Positions 36,083 through 49,324 are shown, numbered from the whole stretch's first letter. The stretch: DNA of 63,598 nucleotides, filler included, from Folioceros fuciformis (GCA_049999805.1; 11 parts of 11 records of this genome joined end to end with filler, not necessarily neighbours in it); one strand, 5' to 3'. Program-made: numbers and translations. Notes: a model not told the origin generated them from the letters alone.

Positions 36083-36131
36083 GTTTCCTGCGGAGGCAGG
36101 TGGCGGGGGCAAAGTGTCGAGCAAGTGGGAG

Positions 36132-36400
36132 TGTTAGAAAAGGGCTGTGCCCTAATTACTTTAATACTCGAACACTTATGCTAGTTAGGGTTTTTTACAT
36201 ATTTAGATACGAAACGCTACCCTAGCTATATGGGCAGAAGGCCAACGACCAACTGCTAGGTAACGGCTAACTGCCGTACCGACCTCCTGTTCGCGCGACC
36301 ACAAAGGCCGACGGACACAACATAGTTCATAATCTTTTCTTTTTCTCACGCACGTCTCGCTCCTGTTCGGCCGATCCTAGTCCATGTCTTGATACCTACA
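36132..36400 (+). mobile_element. 3' LTR (~269 bp) of the copia at 34578-35772
   Basis: PPT AAGTGGGAG immediately before TGTTAG; plausible end CCTACA at 36400. Confidence 0.75.
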
Positions 36401-36902
36401 GTTGAAGGTAGGGGCGATGGAAGGTGAACGGGATATCTACAAGAGTAAATACGAGAGTGGGGATTGAGTTGTTGACATGGATACCATAGATCTAGCTCAA
36501 CAAAATCGCAACCTCCACCTACACCAACGTCTACTCGCTCATCACAAGGAATTGGCAGCATTGGCAAGGCGAAGGTATCTTGGGCCACATGATGATGACC
36601 ATGAGGCCCTGAAGGTAGTGCCCCTGCCGACGAACTTTCAAGAGGACAGCAGTATGGACCTGGAGAGCTCGCAATGGGAACCTGAGGCGCTGCTATGGGC
36701 TAGGAAGAGCACGCAACAAGGGGGACCTACTCCCGTAGGCAACCTACCTATGAGAGGAGGGGAAGGAATGGTAGGGAACCTACCTACGAAGGGAGCAACA
36801 AGGATCCTACCTATAGAGGGAACATTCCCACCCTACGTAGGGAAGGAGCCTCAAGTTGGGGAACAAGGGGATCCCTCCCCTACCAAACCTGTAGGTGGTG
36901 GT

Positions 36903-37464
36903 AAAGGGATATCCCAAGAGATCCACACAGAGGAAGGTATGGTGGAAGTTTGTGGATCCAAGAGAAGATGAATCCCAATAATGGAGGGGGGCCCAGTAGC
37001 TCAGCCTTCATACTCTCTTCAGCCTCCCTTCAGGAGCCATCCTAGCCACACCTTTTTGAAAAGGGGGTCAACGAATCTTCTATGGAGGCACCGATAGTCC
37101 TAATCTTCATCGGCGCACACTGCCCTAGCAACTATTGGTAGGTCTTAGCCTCTTGGTAGGTGTGCGTAGGTAAAGCTGCCGGCGGCTAGTGGTAGGTAGG
37201 AAGCCATCTGCCATCCTATATAAGTAGAACAAAGGACTTAAGCAGGCGGCCGTTTTTTGGATCGTAAGTGTCTCATGACGAATAGTGAACCAACTTTCGT
37301 AAGCCTGTGTGGACATCCTGGCGGAAGGCGGAGTTGCGAGTGCCCTTTTTGTTGCCAATTGCAAAGGTTTTTGTGGTGTCTGGTTGGGAGTGTTGAACGT
37401 AGGGAAACGAGCAGTTGGATTGTGTGGAAGGTGTGGTGAGGAGACTTGTGGGGAAAGGTGTTGG
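36903..37464 (-). repeat. Dispersed repeat shared (inverted) with 9235-9992
   Basis: Two colinear matching blocks (36903-37162 and 37385-37464). Confidence 0.8.
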
Positions 37465-37564
37465 NNNNNNNNNNNNNNNNNNNNNNNNNNNNNNNNNNNN
37501 NNNNNNNNTTAATTAATTAANNNNNNNNNNNNNNNNNNNNNNNNNNNNNNNNNNNNNNNNNNNN
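37465..37564. other. Artificial contig spacer
   Basis: N44-TTAATTAATTAA-N44. Confidence 0.98.
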
Positions 37565-38459
37565 ATTGTATTGTTCATTTAGTTTTGGCAACAACCGCTT
37601 GCACAACCTCCACATCTTGCACACGGTTCACACGGAAGGAATGCGGTGGCAATTGATTTCGATGTTAGGTGCACCACATACATTATGCAACACGTGATTG
37701 GTCTTGGTTCTTTGCCTGACTCTGATGAAGAGATTAATATGACTCGTTCACATGTAGACCATCAAAATTGTGGGCGAAGGAAGTGTGCAGAGATGACAAC
37801 GCTGACTGCAAAATGCAGGTTTACAGTCTTCTAGGGAAGAAAGGTGAGGTCCTATCCTAGAGTGACAATAGGCCAGTTCAGGACCTTTACGTAATTACGG
37901 CATGGGATGAGAATGAGACTATCCCGTTGCCAATAGTGGGCAACCCACACTTTTCAATGTTGGAGGTGGAGGGCGATGACTTCCGCGACACGGATGCTTA
38001 GTGCCTGAAAGATTTAGACGTAGTTGTTAATTTTAAGGCGAACCAAGATGATTGTGTGTTTGTGTGAAACTGTTGCGATTAGGTTCTTAAACAATTTAAG
38101 ATGAGGTTGAAGATATGGACAAACAATTATGTTTGCTTGTTTGGATGAAGCGTCTCGTTTCAATGAACCTTAATGTGGAATTTGATCAATAGGATTGTCT
38201 ACCATGAACACATGGTACATTGGTAGACCAGCGCACTACATACGATACATTTGAAATATCAACTTTTTTTATTAGATACTCACAATGTTGACTTAGTGGT
38301 TTCTTTTGAATGCAATGATAATAAAACAAACCGTTAATGAGACATGTTGAAGGACATAGTGTTTTGAAGAAAAAGATAAAATGTGGATATATTGCGCGGA
38401 TCGTACCAAATTCAAAGTGCTCCAAACGACCTTTGTAGAATCTGACCATTATGACTAGA

Positions 38460-39047
38460 CCTTGTTCCCAGTCCTTCAAACATGAAGCGATGTAGTTTAT
38501 CATCTTCACTCATTATAGTGCAATGCATAACAACATCATCGAACGCACTTACATATTCTCGTATGGTATGTGTCTACTTTATATTATCAAGTAGTTGTTG
38601 ACTCAAACACAAAGCATGGGCATTTTGGAATTGCTTCTTCAAGGCTTCTTTGACAGATGCCTAATTTGTAATGGTATGTGCTCGATTATCTTAGGCTACC
38701 TTAGCACAATAACTTGGCCATGACACCAAAGCATACACTTTCAGAAAGTTGCCAATAGTACCCAAGTGGTGCTTAGGCTTAAGGCCAAATGAGACAAGAT
38801 AACTCTCAATATAATAGATCTAGGAATCCATAGCTTGCAAATCTCTATCTCCCTCACACTTAGCTAGCACAACCAACTTAAGATTTGCCCTTGGGATTGC
38901 TTGGAAGATATGAGAAGGACCTTGATTGCCTTCCGCATCCTCACTCCGGGGAGTTGTGGGCTCTAGATTCTTGTCATTTTCCCATTTAATCTTGTAGTAG
39001 TTCAAGCAATACTTCAAAAAGAATTTGTCGTGTATGACAACCATCAT
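38460..39047 (-). pseudogene. gag: Ancient Ty3/gypsy gag remnant
   Basis: Read through stops in one frame: KCEGDRDLQAMDS*IYYIESYL...ITN*ASVKEALKKQF...IK*THTIREYVSAF...SEDDKLHRFMFEGL. Confidence 0.7.
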
Positions 39048-40610
39048 CTGTGTCTTTCAATCTTTATACTTTTCTCTACATGGTCCTGCCGAGTCACTAG
39101 GTAGCATCTCCTTGCCTTGATTCTCTTCAAGCCTTTTGCACTCGACAACTCAGCTATTTCTAAAGCTGGGAATCATACACACCACTCATCTCAAATACTA
39201 GTGCTTATTCCAATTCAATTCTTCTTAGGAGTGTCTACGTGGAACATACTTTTTATTTCCAAAGGTAAAAAGAAGCATAAACACTTCTTCATCAGAGGTA
39301 CTGTAGATTTAATTTTCACCTTTTTTCTAATTTTAAATTTCACTTTATTTAATTTATATCATTATTAGAGGACTTTAGATTTAGCTTCATGTTTTTCATT
39401 TTTAATATTCATCTTATTTCGCCTGTGCCATTAATTCTCATTTAGGTGGAAATTCACTTAGAGGGTTGGTGAGCTTTGGTAGAAATGTTTTAGGGCTTGA
39501 GAGACTTACTACTTCAGGACTCCTGGCTTGGTGCCGAAATGCGGTTTTGGACCCCTCCATTCTCTCTCATCTCTCTAGAGTTTCTCTTGCTTCCTGCTGT
39601 TTATTAAATAGGGCAGCAGCTACACAGGTTTCTCATTGTGGTTTTCTTCCGCTGTCTGCTTCTCTTCCTCTGCCCTTTCGCGCCTACTCGCGCGATCCAG
39701 CGGTGAACGATGTATCCTTTGTGCGAGCGTCATTAGCAAGAAGCCTCTAAGTACATCCGTCGCACACACCTCCGTGTGCGAACAAGGTTGGGCTAAGATC
39801 GAGCGGCGCCTCTCTACAACACTACCAGGTCACATCCAATCTGCTTCCGGCGTTTGCAGCCCTCTTGTTCCCCAGTCTGCTTCTTTCCTTCGTTGTGACG
39901 GCCCGGTGACGCCAGCCGGGCGCGCAGGGAGGAAGGTTGCTCAGGCCTCGTCGGGCTTTCAATCGGCTCTCAGGACGGGAAAATAGGAGCTTTGGAACAA
40001 GCCTGCCACAGGCATAGATGCAGTAACAGCAAGCCCTAGACACACTCCCTCTTCGCCTGCTGTATCGCGCTGACTTCGTCCTTGTCATGTTGGCCCGCAA
40101 GCTTGGGCCCTTCCCTTTCCCCTCTTTTTCCCCTCTTACTTTCTAGTCCCTGTATTGCTGCTTCTGTTGCTCCAAATTCCATACTCCTCGGAGTTAGCAC
40201 AGGCTGTTGCGCAGGTCTGTAGTAGGATGAGCAAAGTCATGGGTGTTGCGGAATCTGCCCTTGCTATCCCTACCAGAGGTTAACTGTTTAACCAATGGTT
40301 GGGAAGCACAAAGTCACTGATCCGCTCCATAATCTCCCAAGCAAGGAGGTTTGGCAATCTGAAACTATGAAATCTCATGGCTCGGCCCACGTATTTGGAT
40401 TGCTAGCCATCGCTTGACAGCAGCAACTTTGGATTGCAAGCTACCTTGATAGCTTGGCGCTATCGCTTGGTCTCCTACAAAAAAAAGAAGGGTTCAGCCA
40501 GTGCCGGAACGCGTCTAACAGGCAGGTAGGCAAGGGGTAAGAGAGCCGTGCGCGCGCAGATATGCCCATGGTGATGCCATCCAGGGCAGGGCAGGAAAGG
40601 CTTGAGATGC

Positions 40611-40625
40611 GAGAGAGAGAGAGAG
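40611..40625. repeat. (GA)n microsatellite upstream of the CPL1-like gene
   Basis: GAGAGAGAGAGAGAG. Confidence 0.8.
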
Positions 40626-41433
40626 CGTGTCAGTGAATGTGTGCCTATCCGTCTGAGATGAGTCTCTGAGAGAGAAACCCTATTGTTGCTTCTACGTCCC
40701 CTGGAACTAATTCTTACATCTTGCCAAGTTTCGAACTTTGATCAAGAGTGACGAGTATAGGCCCCGATTTGCCCCGAAGACGAAGTCATCCGTTGCTCAA
40801 CATTGGTTGAGAGCGTGTCCTTGCAATATTGGCGCAATCAATCAGCTGTGAAGCCCATCAATCTCCGACTTGTGGAGGATAGGGAGCTCACGCTTCGCCT
40901 CTCGGTCATCCCTGCCATGGATTCTATAGCCTTGTATCCATTTACTTGCCTTCCCCCTTCGTATACTTATTCCAATTCTGTCAAACCCCACCCTCTCCGC
41001 TATGCGGTGTTACTTGTGTACTCATTGTAGGTTTGCCTTGGTCGTCTGCAGGTTGCCTTACACACAATTAGAACTGAAGCTCTCCAGTTTTGTGAGGGAT
41101 TCGCAGTCTTGGCAGCCGGCACAGACAACGAGCAGCAAGTCTGTGGCCACCGGAAATTGGCGACATGCACCAGCTGTTGCGCTCGCAAAGGCGCCTATCA
41201 TTTTTCGGAATCTGAATACTCACGTTTCTAGGCCTTCAAGTTTTGCAGCCAGTGGGGGCCTGAAAGAGTCATTTGTGGCATACCTGCAGCAGCTTTGAAT
41301 TGCCCCTCATAGGCAACAAGCGTATTGATGGGTTTACACAGGAGCTGCCTCTGCTGTTGCGTGTGATGTGGAGGAACATTGTAGGAAATTGCGATCAAGC
41401 AGCGGATTGCGGCTTTCTAAAGGAACGTATACT

Positions 41434-44400
41434 ATGGCGAGGGACACCGTAGAGTTCGTGACTCGGCTATATTCGCGAGAAGATTATGTCGCTGAAGTCA
41501 CCGTCTCACCACAGATTGAAGATACTAAAATGCGCGACTTATTTCAGAAGGAAATACGCGTCACAGCTTTCTCTCAACAGAGCGAGCGGTGTCTACCACT
41601 CCAGGTGCTTCATACCATTGGCTCAGCAGGCGTGTATTTTAAGTTGCGCGCTTCAAATCAGCACCTTCACAGCGACATTCAGAATCTCTCGCGTTTTCAC
41701 GGCTCTTGTCTGACCGATGCGAAGGTAACGTGAAGTGTCATCTCTTCGAATTCAACCTCTACAGATCTTGTAGTTGGCTTACCCTTTCAATCTATGCACC
41801 GAGGGTTCGCTGCTGATGTAAGACAAGGGAAAATACAGCTTCCTCGATGACGCAATGTGTGCTTGTTGAGTCATGAATTTGTTATGGTGCTGCAGTTGTC
41901 CCGACTGTACGAGTATCCATTCACGACTAGGTCGTAACGTACTTGATCTGAGCTTCCTCCGGAGTTGCTCATGTCCATGCAGAATTGTTTTTGTGTCACG
42001 CTAGAGGCATCCTGCTATCCGTTCCAGAGTGAAGTCGAGGCGACTCCAGGTTTGCTGGCGCGAATGACTGAAGCTTTTTCCTTGGTGTCTGCAGACTGCA
42101 GTGGTTTTACTTGAAGGTGGGCATGAGGTTCACCTTGTGGCCATGTCCTCTGGATCTGAGCTGCAAGTTCCTTGCTTCTGGGCTTATCTGGTTGGACAGG
42201 GCCTGTATGCCTCTTGTCTGCAGATGTTCAACATGAGGTGTCTGTCAATTGTGTTTGATCTTGACGAGACTCTCATAGTTGCTAATACTCAACGTAGTTT
42301 TGAACTCAAAATGGACACTTTGAAACATCGGACTCCTAGTACTGCTGAATCTGTTGCGGAGCTCAAGAGGTATCAGGAAGACAGGGCAATTTTGAAGCAG
42401 TATATCGAAAATGATACAGTTTTTGTGAATGGGCGGGCTATCAGGGCACAAAACGAAAGGGTTCCGCCTGTATCAGAGGGAGCACAGCCTATGATCCGGC
42501 CAATTATTCGTTTGCCAGAGAGGAATATGATCCTTACGCGCATCAATCCAGCTGTAAGTTTGGAATATGGAGCATTGAATGGTACAGCAATTTTGCATGC
42601 TATCTCTGACAATCGTGTAAATGCATTTTAAATCAGATACGTGACACCAGTGTGCTTGTAAGACTTCGTCCCGCATGGGAAGACTTGCGAAGCTATGTCA
42701 TTGCGAAAGGGCGAAAACGGTTTGAGGTATACATTTGCACAATGTCTGAAAAGGACTATGCTTTAGAGATGTGGAGACTGCTAGATCCAGAGGGACAACT
42801 GATCAACGTAAAGGAGCTGAATGAAAGAGTTGTCTGTGTGGAATCAGGTATGCTAATGTCCACCTGAGTTTTGGGTGTGTAGAACCTGTGAGTGCGCAAG
42901 TTTACATGCTTGGCTGCCTAGCATGTTTCTTACGTTGCCTTTTTTGTTTGTTTGTTTGTTCTTGGCAGGTGGGAAAAAATCCCTTGCCAATGTCTTTGCC
43001 CGCCAGACGTGTCACCCTAAGATGGCAATGGTCATTGATGACCGCATGAAAGTTTGGGACGAGAAAGACCAATCGCGTGTCCATGTTGTGACCCCCTTTG
43101 CACCATACGGTGCTCCTCAAGCAGAGGTTTTGTGTTGTTCCTGTTGTTCACACTCAATTCATCATCTCTGGCTTCAGCTGTCGTGTTTAAAATATTTTTC
43201 GTGGTTGGCCTTTGCAGATGGTAGCTGGAGCAGTGCCTGTGTTGTATGTCGCAAGGAATATTGCTTGTAGTGTCAGAGGAGGATTTTTCAGGTAAATGAA
43301 TAGCTGGCTGGAGGAATGGCTCATACTAATCTTTCCTGCAGCGTTCTGTTGTGAGATTCTTGAGGAGCACGTAAAGATCTCGTAGATTTTGGCAGACTTA
43401 TATGTAAAGTCCAATTGTCCGCAGAATCGTTAAAGGAAAATTTGCTGTCCTTTTAACAGGGATTTTGATGATTCTCTCCACCTTCAAATGGCAGCAGTCC
43501 GCTACGACACTGATCTTGCGTCACTTCCTTCACCTCCAGACGTCAGCAACTACCTGGTTTGTTTTCACCGTGTCTTCAGATATGATCTTTGATTTTCTTA
43601 CTAGGGACATCATATGATGGCCCTAATTTGATGACGTCAGTGCAGATGTTTACTCCCGGCAATTCAGTTTCTCAATGTGGGAATTGTTTATGACCGTTTT
43701 AGGACTCTCAGGAGCAGTTTGCTCCTGGATTTGGTACCAATGTCGTGTCAAAAGACTTTGCTGATGGGATAACTAGCAGTGAAGTGGAATCCAGGATTCC
43801 TCAGGTAATTTGTTTTCATACATTTTTTGTTTTGTTCAACGTGGCAATGGAGTTCTGGTGAGCCCTCTAAGCCGTGAACTATGGAACAGGAAATGTCTGC
43901 TGCTCTGGAGTCCAGGATTCAACCTGCAGAGAATGAAGATCTAAGGTTGACCTTACGTCCCCCAGTACAACCTACCCAACAATTTGCAGCATCACTCTTG
44001 AAAGAGCCAGCCATTCTGGATTCTGATAAGGAAGACTGTCATACGTACCTTCATGCCTCCACAACAAGGCCGTTAAGTGTAGGGCTGCCACCGTTGCCTG
44101 ACATGTCTAAGGCTACCTCCCCTGCCAGGGAGGAGGGCGAGGTGCCAGAGTCAGAGCTGGATCCAGACACCCGTCGCAGGCTGTTGATCTTGCAGCATGG
44201 CCAGGATACTGGACAGTCGCATGCCCCACTAGAGAAGGTTGAAGATTCCTCGTTTCCACCATTGCAAGTGAATCTCTCTAGCATATCATCTGGCGGTTGG
44301 CTTGGTGCTGAGGAAGAAATGAGTCCTCGGCAACTTTCGAGGAATTCTCCCTTGATCCTGGAGCCAGAGTCACCATCTTTTGACCGGATGAATCAAGTGC

Positions 44401-46552
44401 ACTTTCACTTGCCTGCCGAGGGATCTTATTCCGGTGATAGAGATTTCCGTCTGTCTAGACGACGATATGCAGATGAGGTATGTGTGAAGCTATTTGGAAG
44501 GAGTGCTTGGTGATAGTTTCAGAGTTGCATGCAGGTGCTGCAACTCTGCAGGGCATGTTGCTACATGGCCTTGGTGATTGGCGGTGTTTCGTTGTCCTTT
44601 TCTGAGAAGAACCGCAGGTTAGTCTTAGCTTAGCCGTAAAGCTAAGGGGTTTGCGATTTTTGTTGCAGGGGTTCGTAGAAGATCAGCATAGGACTGATCA
44701 AAGTTTGCTTGAAGACTCGACGTCCCCAGGTATGCATTGTTCAAAGTGCTGTAGTGATAAGGTAGTCGGTGAATCTGTGATTTTTCCTGTATTGGAGAGA
44801 GCTAATGCACCTTTTTGGTGTGTGGCAGGTAACGGAGCTCATGTGAGATCGCTGTCCCCAGATGCTGTTACAGTGTTGCAAGGAATAGGGGAGATTGGCA
44901 ATCGTCCGGTATGTTTTGGGGGGTCTTTCAGCAGTCATTTGGAAATGTCTGCAATTGTGTGGCGGATTCTTGTGCTGGAAAATGGTTTCACAAAACTTTG
45001 TCGACTCTAAACCAATGTGTGTTATGTCTATGTATCTGTGTAGGTGGAATACAGGATGCTACGAAATGCATCCCAGGTGTCTGTGGAGGTAAGCGCGAGG
45101 CTGCTGGCATTCATGGATGGCTTTTCTTAGTTCCTCCTTACACTGCTTTCAACTTTCCTGTGGAGCTTGCCCTGTGTACTCAGCTCAATGAAGGGTTGAG
45201 AAGTACTGGGTGTCTAAGATTTTCTTCGTGTTGATGCAGGTCATGGTTGGTGGAGAAAAGATGGGAGAAGGTGTTGGTCGGACGAAGCAGGAAGCAAAGT
45301 TAAAGGCTGCAAAGCACGCTCTTAGATGCTTAGCTCGTGAGTACTCTAGCCTTAAAGAGCTTACATTGCTAGCTTTGTGTTAATCCAGGATACTGCTACT
45401 CGGCGTGAGAAGTTCATTGTATTTGTCTAACTCGTCTTGGTGAGGCTCTGCCTATAAATTGAAGGGGCGTTTATTATCAACGGTCCAAAGCTGCTCAGTA
45501 TTCTATGCCGCCTTTAATTCTTATGTCATATGCCTCAGGTACCCCTGGCATGTCTCCTGGAAATAGTTCCAGTCTTCCAACTAGTATGTATTCAGGGACA
45601 AGTGATGGCAGGGTTCAACGTAGGGGGCCACGAGATTCACGGATGGTTGGAGCTGGACTGGACAACCCCATTGCAAGCACTTCAGGGCAGGTAAACAACA
45701 TGGACTACAGGCCTCTTGACGAGCCAGGTGCAGCAAGGGGACAGTATGATGCAGTGTTGGCATTAACTAAACTGGTATGCCGTTTGTTCTCCTGCTTAGA
45801 GTCTCGAATACTGTCTATGGAAGAAGCATGTCAGTTCAGGGTGACTGGTATTGACCTTACTTCGCTCCTGGCATTTCTTTTGTACAGTGTCAAGCGGAGG
45901 GCTTGAGTCTTAACTTTTCCCGAAGGGGCTTCCAGTGTCATGTGAGTTTACATGTCTTTGGGGTTAATATTTGTACTCACGTCTCCCTAATCAGCGAATC
46001 GTACAGTTGACAGTATCATTTGTAACAGGTTGAGGTTGGGGGAAAACTTTTGGGGAAAGGGAGTGGTCCCTCTTGGGAATCAGCTAGACAACAGGTGTGG
46101 ACCTTGATACAGCAATTGATAATCATCCATCTGAACCGGATGCAAGGGCTTTCTAAGTCAATGGGTTTGTTGTATCCTTAAAATGTCTTGATCAAGGGTG
46201 GGTTAGGTGGTCTATGTCATAGTTATGGGCTGGCTCTGTGATTCAGGGAGCGGAAGATACCTTAAGGAATCTGCAGCCTCAACATACTGCTGGCCTCCAC
46301 AAGCGCACTAACGCCCCTCGGTGAGCCCCTGGTGAACGACGAAACTGACCCCATAGGGAATCGTTGCTTGATAGTAAGTAACATGTGGGTGGCCTGTGCA
46401 GATCCCCACCCCTGCACTCTAACAAAAGGCCAAGAGTTCGAGACATTTTACGAGGTGCGAGCCCACTTAGACATCTACCAGGATCACCTCACCGAGGTAG
46501 ACATAGATTATCCCCAAACAAGAGATACTCAAAGTCTGGGCTTCCTATCTGA
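41434..46552 (+). CDS. CPL1: RNA polymerase II C-terminal domain phosphatase-like 1 (CPL1/FRY2-like), 17 predicted exons: 41434-41724, 42095-42553, 42637-42847, 42969-43126, 43218-43291, 43460-43556, 43703-43804, 43890-44477, 44669-44729, 44829-44908, 45044-45088, 45240-45336, 45539-45774, 45888-45941, 46029-46094, 46247-46320, 46402-46552
   Basis: HAD motif [73 protein letters not shown]; two dsRBMs ([28 protein letters not shown]); C-terminal SNKR. All introns are GT-AG and keep the frame. Exon 7/8 acceptors and the start codon are less certain. Confidence 0.93.
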
Positions 46553-47276
46553 ATGGGCTAGGGTAGTCAAACAACATGGTTTCTCCCTTCCATCGACCAA
46601 CCCTCATGGTCCGGAAATGTTTGTACAATAGTGCCCACTGTGAGGAGACCCTGCTCCTAGAAGAATCAACCCCGTGTAAAGCTGAGTGTGCGGTATGCAC
46701 TGGGTCTCACCTATTGATACCCCTCCTTCATGTGTTAACGTGGGATAACACGATTTGGATTAGTTAGTTAGCTTAGGATAGGATAGGGGTCCAGCGAATT
46801 TTTTGGTTTAGTTGCACGTATGCAAAGGGCAGATGCCAAATACTTGCAGTCAATAAATCTGTCAAATATTTAATGTGGAAGATGTTGTTCCTGCAGATGC
46901 TCAACCTCTGCACTTGCCAACAGCAGACATGAAGGGTGGGCTTAACGCTGCGTTTTGGGATCCTATACGCCTTTGGACGTTCATGGGTGCCGTACCTATT
47001 ACTTATCAAGTTCCCGTTCATCCATTGTGCCCCCATGAGCATTATTTAAGAAACAAGCTAGTTCAATCATGCACAAGTCCAACTGGCTTCAAGTTTTTGG
47101 GATGATAAATAATATTGGCAAATAGAATTAAAGGTTATTTGATAATTTTTTATGTTGAAGGAAAAGGTAATTATCTATCTATGGCTTTAGATTTTCTTTC
47201 CTTAGAAAATTAATATAGTTTATTTATAAAGACAATGAAAGCTAAAAACATTGTCAGTGGCATGTTCACCTTGTGG

Positions 47277-47512
47277 GCTCTATTTTATCACTATAGGGTT
47301 GTTGCCCTACTCGCTCTATTTTGCCCTGCTCGCTCTATTTTATCACTATAGGGTTGTCACCCTACTCGCTCTATTTTATCACTGTAGGGTGGAAGACCTA
47401 CATATATTCAGGCTCTATTTTATCACTATAGGGTGAAGGACCTACATATATTCAGGCTCTATTTTATCAATGTAGAGAGGAGGAGCTACATATATACAGG
47501 GTTCACTCTGCA
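47277..47512. repeat. Complex repeat: five copies of a 23-bp core (GCTCTATTTTATCACTATAGGGT) with two classes of linker
   Basis: Read directly; linkers are pairwise duplicated (..CCCTACTC; ..GACCTACATATATTCAG). Confidence 0.85.
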
Positions 47513-47524
47513 CACAGTTTAGTG

Positions 47525-47919
47525 GACCTATTGCCCTTGCAGCTCTCTATGCTCCATAGACGTTGGCTATCCTGAGAGAAGACCTATTGCCCTTGCAGCT
47601 CTCTCTGTTCCATAGACTTTGGTTATCCTTAGAGAAGACCTACTGCCCTTGCAGCTCTCTCTGCTCCATAAACGTTGGCTATCCTTAGAGAAGACCTATT
47701 GCCCTTGCAGCTCTCTCTGCTCCATAGATGTTGGCTATCCTTAGAGAAGACCTATAGCCCTTGCAGCTCTCTCTGCTCCATAGACGTTGGCTATCCTTAG
47801 AGAAGACCTATTGCCCTTGCAGCTCTCTATGCTCCATAGACGTTGGCTATCCTTAGAGAAGACCTATAGCCCTTGCAGCTCTCTCTGCTCCATAGACGTT
47901 GGCTATCCTTAGAGAAGAC
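47525..47919. repeat. 56-bp minisatellite x7
   Basis: Units start at 47525, 47581, 47637, 47693, 47749, 47805 and 47861 (GACCTATTGCCCTTGCAGCTCTCTCTGCTCCATAGACGTTGGCTATCCTTAGAGAA). Confidence 0.97.
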
Positions 47920-49324
47920 ATTTCACAAGATCACATGACATTCTACAAGATTAAATAATTGGGAAAAGGTTTTGCCTTGTGTGAGCTAGAGGGCTACTGG
48001 CACATAAAGTGATAAATGATTTATCTTGATCCATCACTCATCCTTATTTGGGTTCTTCATAAGCCTAATAAAGTGTGTGAGGTACAAATGAAGATTACCC
48101 AAAAAGACTTGGCAACATAAAGAACAAAGGTCAATGCACATGGCACAGGGCCCATCCCTCTTCATAGTTGCAATGTCATCCAATTGGTGGTGGCCTCAAA
48201 CACGATATGCAACATAGTGCCTACAATGATCCGTGTTCAACCTATCCTAGGAAGTCTGTACAAAATGTTGCTATATTATATTCACCACAAGTATCGAGAG
48301 GTGATTGAATTGTGTTGAATTAAAATCATAATCTCACCCACCAGTTAACCCTAGTATTAAACTATAGTAAAATGAAATGTTATATGCTATTCTGTAGTTA
48401 AGAGAGATAGTTTTACTTCAATAATTTAATTTCTCTTTACATCTTTACCTTATGGGTTGGCTGGATATCTTGGTTGTCATGATATCACAGCTAGGTTATC
48501 GCTACTTGTGCCTTCATAATCAATAGCAATGAGATGCAGATAAAAATGGAATGAGGCATAACACATCTGTTATCTCTCATGATCCCCAAATTGTATGTCT
48601 TGTATGTCTTGTCTCATTAGTCTCTAGTTTGGTAGGATTTAGGTACAAGGGATGTTTCCAATAGTAAGAGAAGATTGTTGATAATGAGACATAAAATTGG
48701 GCACACCTCAAGAAATCACAAGTTCACAATAATGTTAGAGTATTTGTTAATAAGAATTAGAATAATGACAATAACTAACTTCCATTTCCTATGTTATGTT
48801 CTTAGTAATCACTTCTACTACACAACTATGTGAATGACAAGTGTTTGATTTGTCAAAATAAGAAATACGAATACCTCGACATAAGTGGAATTCTCGTGTT
48901 GGATGTTTGCAGAACAATCCGTTTGATATCCCACTACAGCAACAATTTTGCCATAAGTGTAGTGATCGCTACAAGATTAGTAGAAGAAAGTAAAGTGAAG
49001 TAATAGCTACAAGATCAGTAGAAGAAAGCCGAAGTCATTTCAGTAGCAAGACTATATCTAAGCATTGTTTTGTACTTGTGAACTTAGACAACCATAAGAT
49101 TTTGCCATGGATATTGTACTTCAGTTAAATTCAAGAGATGTAGTTTGCAAACATAGGTTATTCTTAACCCTCCAAGTTGGGCAGTAGAGGGTTGTGCAAT
49201 AACTAAGGTCCATAATACTCTACTATGTAGGATGGCAATTCATGTGACGGAGCCTCAAGCATCTAACATCAAGAATATGCTAAGCATGCAAGAGGGGAAG
49301 GAGCACCTAAGAAAAGGTGTAAAA

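Noticed and set aside
38186-38509. ORF with YPHFIFF..LCP..CL faintly like hAT DUF659
   Set aside because: Weak match; overlapping sequence is better explained by the gag relic in another frame.
39466-41298. Short ORFs upstream of CPL1 on both strands
   Set aside because: No recognisable domains or splice-consistent model; probably promoter/5' UTR.
47277-47919. CRISPR-like appearance of repeats with intervening sequence
   Set aside because: Linkers are duplicated rather than unique, the 56-bp array has no spacers, there are no cas genes, and the context is eukaryotic.
48932-48964. CACTAC...GTAGTG mini inverted repeat resembling CACTA termini
   Set aside because: Only 33 bp and no 3-bp target-site duplication (TCC vs ATC); compatible with chance.
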